A DNA stretch of 64,000 nt from Candidatus Magasanikiibacteriota bacterium (GCA_963840935.1 CAWJAS010000001.1:448875-512874), one strand, 5' to 3'. Counted from the stretch's first letter, positions 40,501 through 49,800 are shown. Notes: generated by a model from the letters alone, not told the origin. A program made the numbers and translations.

Positions 40501-40854
40501 ATGCTTTATTTAATAAAAGTATTTATCAAGGACCCGTGGATTATTGTCCCGCTCGCAACCGGATTGGCGACGCAATTATTTGTTTGGCCATTTATTTTTT
40601 TTCAATTAGGCCAAAGAAGTGATTATTTATTTCTTCACTATAATATAATTTTCGGAGTTGATTTGGTTGGTCCGTGGTGGAAAATTTTGTATTTACCGCT
40701 TGGAGGGCTTGGTATTATTATTCTTAATATTGCTTTATCTTTGTATATTTATAATCACGACAAATTAATATCTCGGATGCTACTTTTTTTTGCCGCTCTT
40801 TTTTCTCTGTTTTTGGTTTGGGCGGTTTATCTGGCCGTTGATATTAATTTATAA
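40501..40854 (+). CDS. Hypothetical membrane protein (3 TM)
   Basis: 'FLHYNIIFGVDLVG' motif; between clp and ftsW. Confidence 0.7.
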   Translation: MLYLIKVFIKDPWIIVPLATGLATQLFVWPFIFFQLGQRSDYLFLHYNIIFGVDLVGPWWKILYLPLGGLGIIILNIALSLYIYNHDKLISRMLLFFAALFSLFLVWAVYLAVDINL

Positions 40855-40856
40855 AT

Positions 40857-41963
40857 ATGGCTAATTCTTTGACTTCAAAAAAGACAGACGGTCTTTTTTT
40901 GGTTTACGTTGGTATAATTGTACTATTTGGGCTGGTTGTTTTATTATCCGCCAGTTCGGCCTATGGATATTCAAAATTCGGTGATACTTATTACTTTGTG
41001 AAACGTCAACTTTTGTATGGGGTATTGCCGGGGTTGGTGTTATTTTTTATTTTTTATAGATTAAATACTAAGATCTGGCAAAAGATTTCATGGTCAATTT
41101 ATTTCATAAGCATTTTGGGTTTAGTCGCGGTTTTTATTCCAAGCATTGGAGCGGATTTTAACAAGTACGCAAAATCCTGGGTCGATATCGGTTTTATTCA
41201 TTTTCAACCGGCTGAATTCGCTAAATTAGCGTTAATCATTATTTCCGCAAAATTATTAAGCGATCCGGATACAGATTTAAATGATTTTAAATTCGGTCTA
41301 TTACCGGTATTAATTACGGCAATGCCTTTGTTTCTTTTGGTGATGCTTCAACCGGATTTGGGAACACTTATAATTATGGCCGGTATTTTTTGTGGCATGC
41401 TTTATTTGGGGAAAATACCAAAAACATATTTGACAATAATAATTTTATGCGGAGTGACGGCCTTTACTTTGCTTGCTATTGTAAAACCATACAGAATGGA
41501 CAGGTTGACTATTTTTTTACACCCCGAACTTGACCCACAAGGGATAGGTTACCATGTAAATCAAGCGTATTTGGCGGTTGGGTCTGGTGGTTTTTGGGGA
41601 TTGGGTCTTGGTCATTCCAGGCAAAAACATCAGTATTTGCCCGAAGTCCATGGCGATTCGATTTACGCGATTGTTGCCGAGGAAATGGGTTTTTTAATCT
41701 CTCTTGGATTAATTGTTCTTATTTTATTGATTTCGTGGCGTTGCCTAAAAATCGCCAAGGAATCATCGGATGAATTTAATTATTTGTTAATAGCAGGTAT
41801 TGCAATCTGGTTTTTTTGGCAATCTTTTATTAATATCGGCGCGATGATAGGTATTTTGCCTTTAACCGGCGTAACTTTGCCGTTTGTGAGCCACGGTGGT
41901 TCGTCTATGATGGTTTGTTTGGCCTCAGTTGGTATTGTGGCGAGTGTGAGTAAGCGCGGATAA
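40857..41963 (+). CDS. ftsW: SEDS protein FtsW
   Basis: SAS, QPAEFAK, QPDLG, GSGGFWGLGLG, YLPEVHGDSI, GVTLPFVSHGGSS. Confidence 0.9.
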   Translation: MANSLTSKKTDGLFLVYVGIIVLFGLVVLLSASSAYGYSKFGDTYYFVKRQLLYGVLPGLVLFFIFYRLNTKIWQKISWSIYFISILGLVAVFIPSIGADFNKYAKSWVDIGFIHFQPAEFAKLALIIISAKLLSDPDTDLNDFKFGLLPVLITAMPLFLLVMLQPDLGTLIIMAGIFCGMLYLGKIPKTYLTIIILCGVTAFTLLAIVKPYRMDRLTIFLHPELDPQGIGYHVNQAYLAVGSGGFWGLGLGHSRQKHQYLPEVHGDSIYAIVAEEMGFLISLGLIVLILLISWRCLKIAKESSDEFNYLLIAGIAIWFFWQSFINIGAMIGILPLTGVTLPFVSHGGSSMMVCLASVGIVASVSKRG

Positions 41964-42059
41964 ATTTTTGGTTTTTTGGCTTTACAAAATGCCAAATTAT
42001 GGTAAGCTATATTTGCTAAATATAGCGTATTTTTTTTGTATAAACAGTTTATAGAATGT

Positions 42060-42908
42060 ATGGATTTGTCTATTATTACAGTGATTCATAATGATCGAGA
42101 AAATATTTTACGTCAATTACGTTCTGTAAATAACGGTTTTAACAATCTCCAGATTGAACAATGGGTGGTTGATAATGGCTCTGAAGATGGTTCGGCTGAT
42201 GAAATTGCCAAAGAATTTCCTTCCGTACATTTAATAAAAAACTTGGATAACAAAGGATTTGCTACGGCAAACAATCAGGCGGTAGAAAAATCTTCCGGCG
42301 ATTTTTTTCTTTTTTTAAATCCCGATATGGCTGTTTCACCGGGTAGCTTGGACATGATTACCGATTGGATGCGAAAACGGGCTGAAGTTGGGATTGCCAG
42401 CTGTAAATTAATTGATGAAAACGGAGTTTTTAATGAAGAAGCAAAACCGAGAAGATTCCCAAAAGTGACCGACCAACTGGCTATTATTTTAAAATTACCC
42501 CATTTGTTTCCGAGTATATTAAAAAAATATTTATATTCTGATTTTAATCCAGACGAAGAAAGGGAAGTAGACACGGTTCGGGGTTCATTTATGATAATGC
42601 GTAAATCATTTGTTGATGCCGTTGGGTACGCGTTTGATCCAAGATTTTTTATTTGGTTTGAAGACGTTGATATTTGCAAAGAGTGTTGGAATAGAGGGTT
42701 AAAAGTTTTTTACACGCCAATAATTTCTTGCGTTGATTTTGTTGGTCAAACATTCAAAAAAAAGCCTACTGTTTGGAAGCAAGTGAATTTTACCAAAAGC
42801 ATGCTCCAATATTTCAAAAAGTGGGAGCCTTGGTACAATTGGATTTGGATTGCCGTATTTAGACCGGTTGGAATTACATTAACCGCTATTCAAAATATAT
42901 TAAAATAA
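42060..42908 (+). CDS. Glycosyltransferase family 2
   Basis: VVDNGSEDG, NKGFATANNQA, FLNPD, WFEDVD. Confidence 0.92.
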   Translation: MDLSIITVIHNDRENILRQLRSVNNGFNNLQIEQWVVDNGSEDGSADEIAKEFPSVHLIKNLDNKGFATANNQAVEKSSGDFFLFLNPDMAVSPGSLDMITDWMRKRAEVGIASCKLIDENGVFNEEAKPRRFPKVTDQLAIILKLPHLFPSILKKYLYSDFNPDEEREVDTVRGSFMIMRKSFVDAVGYAFDPRFFIWFEDVDICKECWNRGLKVFYTPIISCVDFVGQTFKKKPTVWKQVNFTKSMLQYFKKWEPWYNWIWIAVFRPVGITLTAIQNILK

Positions 42909-42915
42909 ATAATTT

Positions 42916-44007
42916 ATGAAAAAACTAAGTGTAAATTTGGTTATTAAAAATGGCGCTCGTTATATTCCGTTTATTATTTCATCACTAAAAAAGCAAACTT
43001 TTCAAGATTTTGAAGTCGTTTTTATCGACAATGCCTCTGATGATAGCACGGCTGATTTGCTTCAGGATAGTTTGGTCAAAGAAAATATCGAGCATCGTAT
43101 TTTGCGTAATGCGGATAACAAGGGTTTTGCTGTCGGACAAAATCAGGCTTATAAAGAATCCAAAACGCCATATTTTTTACTACTTAACGCGGACACATAT
43201 TTAATGCCCGATGTTCTCGAAAAAGCGATTAATTTTCTCGACCTGCATCCTGAAACCGCTGCTGTCGCTCCAAGGCTGATGCGCTGGGATTTTGAATCAT
43301 CTTTAGCGGGTTACAGAGACGGAACGGAAATTTCATCGGCCGTTCATCACGGGTTTACATCACAAATTGACGCTATCGGAATCAGATTATTTAGAAACAG
43401 ACGAGCTGTGGAATGGTTAACAAAAGAAGAATGGGCCAAAGACAGTCAATCCGATGACGTTCGTAAAATATTTGAAAAATCAGCTCTTGAGGTTTTTGGA
43501 GTATCGGGCGCCTTTGCTATTTACAGAAGAAGCATCATCGAAAAAGTATTATTACCGGGCGATAATTTATTCGACCCCACATATCATTCATACAAAGAAG
43601 ACCTTGATTTGGCGTACAGATTGAGAAATGCCGGTTATGTTTCATATGTTTTACTTGATACGGCGGTATATCACGATAGAACCGGCGCCGGGCCAAAAAA
43701 GATGAGTGATTTTGCCGCGCTAATGAATAAAAAAAGACAATCATATTTTGTGCGATTTCATTCATACAAAAATCATCTGCGCACATTATACAAAAATGAA
43801 TATTGGCAAAATTTGCTAATGGATTTTCCGTTAATTTTTTGGTATGAATTCAAAAAATTTATTTTTTTATTGTTTAGCAATCCAAAAGTGATATTTTTGG
43901 GCTGGCGAGAGATTTGCAGGGAGAGAAAATACACAAAGGAAGCAAGAAAATCGATAATCAAATCCAGAAAAATGTATTGGAAGGGTTTAAGACGTTGGTG
44001 GTTATAA
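42916..44007 (+). CDS. Glycosyltransferase family 2
   Basis: IDNASDD, NKGFAVGQN, LLNAD, YKEDLDL. Confidence 0.92.
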   Translation: MKKLSVNLVIKNGARYIPFIISSLKKQTFQDFEVVFIDNASDDSTADLLQDSLVKENIEHRILRNADNKGFAVGQNQAYKESKTPYFLLLNADTYLMPDVLEKAINFLDLHPETAAVAPRLMRWDFESSLAGYRDGTEISSAVHHGFTSQIDAIGIRLFRNRRAVEWLTKEEWAKDSQSDDVRKIFEKSALEVFGVSGAFAIYRRSIIEKVLLPGDNLFDPTYHSYKEDLDLAYRLRNAGYVSYVLLDTAVYHDRTGAGPKKMSDFAALMNKKRQSYFVRFHSYKNHLRTLYKNEYWQNLLMDFPLIFWYEFKKFIFLLFSNPKVIFLGWREICRERKYTKEARKSIIKSRKMYWKGLRRWWL

Positions 44008-44009
44008 TT

Positions 44010-44841
44010 ATGTTTGATGTTTGCGTCACAATTGTTAACACGAATGAAAGAGAAGAGATTGAAAAATCTCTTGATTCCTTATATTCCGAATTCGATTGAA
44101 TCGATGTTGGATTTTTGCGTCGTAATTGTTGATAATGCCTCTAAAGACAATATTCAGGAATTAATTCAAAAGTACAAAAATTTATCGGTAATAAAGCAGG
44201 ATAAAAACAATGGTTTTGGTTATTCGCATAATCGTGCTTTTCAATCGGTCGAAGCACGATATTATTTTTTGTTAAATCCCGATACCGAATTCCCGGCTGG
44301 CAGAAATTTTTTGCGTCGTTTTGTTGATTTTATGGATAACAATCCAAAGATCGGTTTGGCCGGTCCAAAAATTTATTATCCCGATGGAAGTTTGCAGTAT
44401 TCTTGTTATAGATTTCCCACTTTTTTTCAGCCAATTTTTAGCCGTACCAGTTTGGGAAGAACACTGATGGGGCAAAAAGCGACCGAAAACTATTTAATGA
44501 AGGATTTTGACCATAATTCTACGATTCCGGTTGATTGGGTAATGGGGTCGGCCATGTTTTTTCGGCGTGATGCATATAAAGAAATCGGCGGTTTTGATGA
44601 ACGGTTTTTTATGTATGCCGAAGACAGTGATTTATGCAGGCGTTTGTGGGAAGCGGGTTGGGCGGTATATTACGTTCACGACGGTTGGCTTCGCCATGTA
44701 CACGGGCGAGCTTCGGCCAAAACTCAAGGAGTGCTCAAATCAATTTTCAGAAATCGCTACACCAGAATCCATATTTATAGTTGGTTAAAATATTTTATTA
44801 AGTGGCGCAATAATAGAAAATTTTATTCGCACAATATATGA
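44010..44841 (+). pseudogene. Glycosyltransferase family 2 (WbbL-like) with frameshift near 44090
   Basis: GT2 N-terminus MFDVCVTIVNTN from ATG 44010 stops at 44099; remainder (VVIVDNASKD, LLNPD, YAEDSD) is in another frame. Confidence 0.75.
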
Positions 44842-45932
44842 TTTATCCCAAAATCGCCATTGTGTATTTGTGCTGGGCCGATGAACCGATAAAATATTTG
44901 CGAGATGCGCTTGATGCAATATCTAATCAAGATTATCCAAAAAATAGTTTGATTTTGCACGTTGTTTATAATGGGCCAAGAGTAAATGAAGAAAGTTTTG
45001 CCTCGTTTATTGAAAGCGAAACCAAGAAAAGGCAAGATAATCTACCAGAGACGGTATTTGTTGATTTAAAAAGTAATATTGGATTTTCCGCAGGAAATAA
45101 CTTGGGTGTCAGGCAAGCCATTGCCAAAGGGGCGGAATACGTTTTTTTGCATAATTCTGATGGATATTTGGCGAGTGATACAATAAGCAAATTATTTGAA
45201 GCCATAGAAAGCGATAAAAAAATAGGCGTTTGTCAGCCTTTAATTTTGCTTGACCCCGAAAAAAATCTTATTAATTCCGCGGGTAATAATTTGCATTACA
45301 TGCAAATAGGTTATTGCGATAAGTATCGTCAAAAAATAGACGAAAATTTATTGCCAAATACTGATATTGGTTATGCGAGCGGAGCCGGAGTTTTGATGCG
45401 AGTTGATTTGTTGAATGAGCATGGTTTATGGAATGAACGCTTTTTTCTTTATCATGAAGATACGGAATATTCTGAACGTTTGCGTCTCTTGGGTTACAAA
45501 ATAAAATTAGTCGGTAACGCCGTGTTTTATCACAAGTATGAGTTCAAAAATAAGCCGAATAAATTTTTTTGGATCGAAAGAAATCGCCATGGTCTGGAAT
45601 TAATGTTTTACAAATGGCCGACATTGTTATTATTGCTTCCGTTGGAAATATTATTTAATCTGGGTTTGCTGGCGTCGTCAATATTTGGCGGTTGGTTAAA
45701 AGAATTGTTAAAAGTTTATGCATATTGGTTAAGTCCAAAAAATTGGCGGGAATGGATGGCTGATCGCAAAATTATTCAAAGTAAACGCACGATGACCGAC
45801 AGAAAATTATTGGCATCCATGACCCCGTTTATATCTTTGGGAGATTTTAAAGCTCCAAAGATAGTTGAGATGTTGGCTAATTTTGTCTTTACAATTTATT
45901 GGTTTTTAATTAAAATATTAATCTGGTGGTAG
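44838..45932 (+). CDS. Glycosyltransferase family 2
   Basis: NIGFSAGNNLG, LHNSD, YHEDTE, ERNR. Confidence 0.9.
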   Translation: MIYPKIAIVYLCWADEPIKYLRDALDAISNQDYPKNSLILHVVYNGPRVNEESFASFIESETKKRQDNLPETVFVDLKSNIGFSAGNNLGVRQAIAKGAEYVFLHNSDGYLASDTISKLFEAIESDKKIGVCQPLILLDPEKNLINSAGNNLHYMQIGYCDKYRQKIDENLLPNTDIGYASGAGVLMRVDLLNEHGLWNERFFLYHEDTEYSERLRLLGYKIKLVGNAVFYHKYEFKNKPNKFFWIERNRHGLELMFYKWPTLLLLLPLEILFNLGLLASSIFGGWLKELLKVYAYWLSPKNWREWMADRKIIQSKRTMTDRKLLASMTPFISLGDFKAPKIVEMLANFVFTIYWFLIKILIWW

Positions 45933-45953
45933 CACACTTTAATGAATACAATT

Positions 45954-47045
45954 ATGAAAATATTAGTCTGCGGAGGAGCCGGGTTTATCGGTTCAAACTT
46001 CATACATCATATTTTGGAAAAACACCCTCATTACGAAGTGGTTAATTATGATAAATTAACCTACGCCGGCAATTTGGAAAACCTAAAAGATATTGAAAAT
46101 AATTTGGAGTATTCAACCCGTTATACATTTATTCGCGGAGATATTTGTGATTACAAACTTCTTTCGGAAGTAGTGGAAAAATATAAAATTGACCATGTGA
46201 TAAATTTTGCGGCTGAAACTCATGTTGACAGGTCGATTTATGGCGATTGTTCCGATTTTGTAATGACAAATACCTATGGTGTTTTAATGATATGCAATTT
46301 GGTGCGATATTATGGTTTGCAGAAATTTGTGAATGTTTCCACTGATGAAGTATATGGGACGCTTGGTCTTGATGAGGACAGAAAATTTACCGAGCTAACT
46401 CCAATCGAACCGAATATGCCATATGCCGCGGCGAAAGCCGGCGGAGATATGGTTTGCCGTTCATATTTTGTGACGCACAAACTCCCGGTTGTGGTGACGC
46501 ATTGCTCTAATAATTACGGACCATATCAATATCCTGAAAAATTAATACCGTCTTCGGTTTTTAGATTATTAAAAAACAAGCCAATTCTTATGCATGGTTC
46601 CGGAGTGAATGTGAGAGATTGGATTTATGTGCGAGATCACTGTTCGGCACTCGACCTGATGCTTCATAGCGGAGTTCCCGGAGAAATATATAATGTTGGC
46701 GTGGACAACGAAAGAAACAATTTGGAAATTGCGAAAATGATTTTATCGGCAATGAACAAATCGGAATCTATGATTGAGTTTGTGGAGGATAGACCCGGCA
46801 ATGATTTGCGCTACGCCATTGATTCATCAAAAATTGAATCTCTTGGATGGAAACCGGTTTATACCAGAGAGCAATTTAACGTTGGAATGTCAGAGACGAT
46901 TAATTGGTATTTGACACACCGTGATTGGGTGGAAAACTTATGGTCAAAGCATGTTGAGGCGTATGACATCAATCACGCGCCGACGCGTGAAAAAAGAGAA
47001 AAAATTCACCAAGAAAAAATAATAGGCGGTAACGAATCGATATAA
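45954..47045 (+). CDS. rfbB: dTDP-glucose 4,6-dehydratase
   Basis: GGAGFIGSNF, DKLTYAGN, AAETHVDRSI, VSTDEVYG, SNNYGPYQYPEKLIP. Confidence 0.96.
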   Translation: MKILVCGGAGFIGSNFIHHILEKHPHYEVVNYDKLTYAGNLENLKDIENNLEYSTRYTFIRGDICDYKLLSEVVEKYKIDHVINFAAETHVDRSIYGDCSDFVMTNTYGVLMICNLVRYYGLQKFVNVSTDEVYGTLGLDEDRKFTELTPIEPNMPYAAAKAGGDMVCRSYFVTHKLPVVVTHCSNNYGPYQYPEKLIPSSVFRLLKNKPILMHGSGVNVRDWIYVRDHCSALDLMLHSGVPGEIYNVGVDNERNNLEIAKMILSAMNKSESMIEFVEDRPGNDLRYAIDSSKIESLGWKPVYTREQFNVGMSETINWYLTHRDWVENLWSKHVEAYDINHAPTREKREKIHQEKIIGGNESI

Positions 47046-47049
47046 AAAT

Positions 47050-47454
47050 ATGAATTTGGATTTTAAACAATTAAAATTAAAAGTGGTTGAGAATGAGAAA
47101 GCAATTTACAGTTTTGCCGAACTTCACCAATTTATTGATTTTGGAGTAAAGAGAATATATTTTATTCAAAATTGCGTTCAAAATACCGGACAGCATTGCC
47201 ACAAAGAAGAAAAGGAATTGTTTATTATGGTAAAAGGCAAATGCACGGCAATTATTGATCGCGGGAACGGCAAAGAAGAAATTCCTTTTCAATCACCCGG
47301 TGACGCCATATATGTGGGCGCCTATGTTTGGCATGGGTTCAAGGATTTTACCGAAGACGCCGTGTTGTTGGCCTGTTCATCCACAAATTATCGTGAAGAT
47401 AGAAGTGATTATATTGAGGACTACGAAGAATATAAAAAAGTAATTAGCGCGTAA
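47050..47454 (+). CDS. FdtA/QdtA-like cupin (sugar 3,4-ketoisomerase)
   Basis: VKRIYFI, GQHCHK, VWHGF, DAVLL, DYIEDYEEY. Confidence 0.8.
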   Translation: MNLDFKQLKLKVVENEKAIYSFAELHQFIDFGVKRIYFIQNCVQNTGQHCHKEEKELFIMVKGKCTAIIDRGNGKEEIPFQSPGDAIYVGAYVWHGFKDFTEDAVLLACSSTNYREDRSDYIEDYEEYKKVISA

Positions 47455-47456
47455 TT

Positions 47457-48314
47457 ATGAAAGGTAAGGTCGTAATATTTGGGGCCAGAGGAACTCTCGG
47501 ACAAGAATTAGTCAGAGAGTTTTTTGAAAATGATTATGACGTTATTTCTTTGGACAAAGAAGATTTTGACATTACGGATTCAAACGAATTAACTAATAAA
47601 ATTATTGATTTAAAACCGTTAATTATTATTAACGCCTCCGGTTATAACGCGGTTGATTTGGCGGAAAAAGATGAAGATGAAAAAAAGTCGGCCTATGCGA
47701 TTAACGCCGAAGCGCCCAAAATAATGGCTGAAACTGCAAAAAAAATTGACTCGATTTTTGTTAATTATTCCACGGATTTTGTTTTTGATGGAGGAAAGGG
47801 GAGTGGGTATGTGGAAGAAGACACACCCAACCCTCTTTCTGAATACGGAAAGTCAAAATTTTTGGGTGAAATAAATATTCAAAATGCGGGCGGGAAATTT
47901 TATATTATTCGGCCGTCAAGAATTTTTGGTCGGCTGGGAAAGTCAGGCGGTAAAAAAAGTTTTGTGGAAATAATGCTCGAAAAAAAGGATCTGCCCGAGA
48001 TAAAAGTTGTTAATGATGAAACCGGTTCACCGACATATGCCCCGGATTTGGCAAAATTTACTCGTGAGCTGATTAAAGACAACGAACCCTATGGGATTTA
48101 TCACGGAGTTAATGAGGGGTCGTGTTCATGGTATGAATGGGCCGAAGAGATTTTTAGCTTGGCTGACGCAAGACCGATATTAATTCCGATTTCTTCGGCA
48201 GAGTTTGGCAATCCCGCCAAAAGGCCAAAAAATTCTTCATTAATCAACACAAAAACAAAACTGCTTCGCCATTGGCAGGAAGCATTAAAAGAATGTTTAC
48301 TAAATAATTTTTAA
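47457..48314 (+). CDS. rfbD: dTDP-4-dehydrorhamnose reductase
   Basis: GARGTLG, YNAVDLAE, YSTDFVFDG, YGKSKFLGE, GSPT, AKRP. Confidence 0.95.
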   Translation: MKGKVVIFGARGTLGQELVREFFENDYDVISLDKEDFDITDSNELTNKIIDLKPLIIINASGYNAVDLAEKDEDEKKSAYAINAEAPKIMAETAKKIDSIFVNYSTDFVFDGGKGSGYVEEDTPNPLSEYGKSKFLGEINIQNAGGKFYIIRPSRIFGRLGKSGGKKSFVEIMLEKKDLPEIKVVNDETGSPTYAPDLAKFTRELIKDNEPYGIYHGVNEGSCSWYEWAEEIFSLADARPILIPISSAEFGNPAKRPKNSSLINTKTKLLRHWQEALKECLLNNF

Positions 48315-48317
48315 TAT

Positions 48318-48929
48318 ATGAATATTGATTTCAAAAATGTCATCAAACATTATGCCGGAAGAACAAATGAAAAAATGAAGGAGGTTTTAATGAGCCCGGA
48401 TGCTCCTGCGCCGGAAATTCATTATTATATGATTCGTGGCGGTAAAGACCAAAAAAACATTACCGTCTGGGAACCTGGTACAGTGAACGGCGAATATATT
48501 AAAACATATGGGCATTATCATGTGGGAGAACTTGATGAAACATACGAAATTTTGATGGGCGAGGGTGTTGCCTTACTTCAGAAATTAGCGGTTGATAATG
48601 AAGGGAATCCGATAGCTGATGTTGTTGAAGAATTTAAAGCCATAAAAGTAAAAGCAGGGGATAAAGTATATATGCCTACGGGTTTTGGCCATTTGCTCGC
48701 GAATACTTGCGAAACATATTTTGTAACAGCCGACAATAGTCCGGTTGATTTTGAAGACAGAGACCCTGCCGGTTTGCCGGGCCACGCTGATTATGAACCG
48801 GTAAAGAAAATGCGCGGGTTTGCCTATTACGTGATTGATCACGATGGTGAACCGGTTCTTGTAAAAAATGATTTGTATAAAGAAATAAAAAACACCGATT
48901 TTGGCGGTTTGCAGGTGATAAAAAAATAA
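48318..48929 (+). CDS. Cupin-type (archaeal-like) glucose-6-phosphate isomerase family
   Basis: PGTVNGEYIKTYGHYH, ETYEIL, VYMPTGFGHLLAN. Confidence 0.8.
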   Translation: MNIDFKNVIKHYAGRTNEKMKEVLMSPDAPAPEIHYYMIRGGKDQKNITVWEPGTVNGEYIKTYGHYHVGELDETYEILMGEGVALLQKLAVDNEGNPIADVVEEFKAIKVKAGDKVYMPTGFGHLLANTCETYFVTADNSPVDFEDRDPAGLPGHADYEPVKKMRGFAYYVIDHDGEPVLVKNDLYKEIKNTDFGGLQVIKK

Positions 48930-48952
48930 CAACTTGAAAATAAGTTGTTATT
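48925..48952. terminator. AT-rich hairpin between convergent units, possible terminator
   Basis: aataacaactt-gaaaat-aagttgttatt. Confidence 0.5.
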
Positions 48953-49116
48953 CGTCGGGGTGACAGGACTTGGTCTCGACTCTCGTCGGCTTCCGCCTCC
49001 TCGGTCTGACCACCGCCTCGCGGTCGCGCCTCCCAAATAGTCGGCGCGACATCGCTCCGGCGTTCAAGTCCAAAAGCGACGCAAACTATTGCGTCGCTTC
49101 ATCCCTCCTCACTTTG
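48951..49116 (-). mobile_element. tRNA-associated structured element E1 with duplicated tRNA-Pro(CGG) 3' end
   Basis: 22-bp direct repeat 48951-48972 = 49117-49138; 56-bp core 49010-49065 identical to 49445-49500; mobility is inferred. Confidence 0.6.
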
Positions 49117-49120
49117 TTCG

Positions 49121-49194
49121 TCGGGGTGACAGGACTTGAACCTGCGGCCTCGTCGTCCCGAACGACGCGCTCTAGCCAACTGAGCTACACCCCG
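49121..49194 (-). tRNA. tRNA-Pro(CGG)
   Basis: Cloverleaf CGGGGTG...CGTCG-TT-CGG-GA-CGACG...GGTTCAAGTCC...CACCCCGA; CCA not encoded. Confidence 0.96.
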
Positions 49195-49208
49195 AATTGA
49201 ATGAAATC

Positions 49209-49237
49209 AGTATAGTAAATATATGGTCTATTGTCAA
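49209..49237 (-). promoter_or_regulatory. Sigma70 promoter for tRNA-Pro(CGG)
   Basis: TTGACA-17-TATACT on minus strand. Confidence 0.8.
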
Positions 49238-49279
49238 CTGCGAACAATATAAAAAAGTAATATTTTTAGTGATATATTT

Positions 49280-49311
49280 TTCAACACTTCACCCTAGGGT
49301 GAAGTGTTGAA
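49280..49311. repeat. Perfect 32-bp palindrome
   Basis: ttcaacacttcaccct|agggtgaagtgttgaa. Confidence 0.9.
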
Positions 49312-49336
49312 TTTTGCTAACCTGAGGCATCGTTCA

Positions 49337-49555
49337 TCGGGCTAGCGGGACTCGAACCCGCGGTCTCATTTTTCACATTCTCCAATTTGTCGGGCTAGCG
49401 GGACTCGGCTTCGGCTCAAATTTTCTTCCGAAAATTTGGCCTAGCCACCGCCTCGCGGTCGCGCCTCCCAAATAGTCGGCGCGACATCGCTCCGGCGTTC
49501 TCGTCCCGACGCGAGCAAAACTATTTGCTCGCTCTACGCCCCCTCACTTCGTTCG
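49337..49555 (-). mobile_element. tRNA-associated structured element E2 with duplicated tRNA-Pro(GGG) 3' fragments
   Basis: 71-bp direct repeat 49337-49407 = 49556-49626; core shared with E1 and E3; mobility is inferred. Confidence 0.6.
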
Positions 49556-49608
49556 TCGGGCTAGCGGGACTCGAACCCGCGGTCTCATTTTTCACATTCT
49601 CCAATTTG

Positions 49609-49682
49609 TCGGGCTAGCGGGACTCGAACCCGCGGTCTCATGCACCCCATGCATGCGCGATAGCCAACTTCGCTATAGCCCG
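49609..49682 (-). tRNA. tRNA-Pro(GGG)
   Basis: Cloverleaf CGGGCTA...CATGC-AT-GGG-GT-GCATG...GGTTCGAGTCCC...TAGCCCGA; CCA not encoded. Confidence 0.96.
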
Positions 49683-49800
49683 ACAAATTGTCCAATGTGA
49701 AAACCTGGGTTTTTCGGTTTGCTTCGCAAACATCTAAAAACCCGTTCTCGCCGTCGCGAGTGAAACTGTTCACTCGCTCGCTTTAAGCGACGGCTCAAAC
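49683..49800 (-). mobile_element. Structured element E4 (divergent family member) between tRNA-Pro(GGG) 5' half and the intact tRNA
   Basis: Same hairpin order and motifs as E1-E3 (gcgag..ctcgc hairpin, cgttctc, aaacatc). Confidence 0.5.

Noticed and set aside
48951-49138. Prophage or genomic island attL/attR
   Set aside because: Only 144 bp lie between the repeats and there are no integrase or phage genes; a simple scar would not explain the shared covarying structure at three tRNAs
48839-49200. ORFs 48970-49200 (+) and 48839-49036 (-)
   Set aside because: They run across tRNA-Pro(CGG) and the GC-rich element; shadow ORFs with no protein motifs
49337-49626. Four spaced 18-bp repeats as a CRISPR array
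   Set aside because: Repeats are tRNA 3' ends, spacing is irregular (53, 166, 53), two spacers are identical, and there is no cas operon
49589-49800. Group I/II intron in tRNA-Pro(GGG)
   Set aside because: Too short, no recognisable catalytic core, and the outer halves lack 3 nt; splicing cannot be supported from sequence
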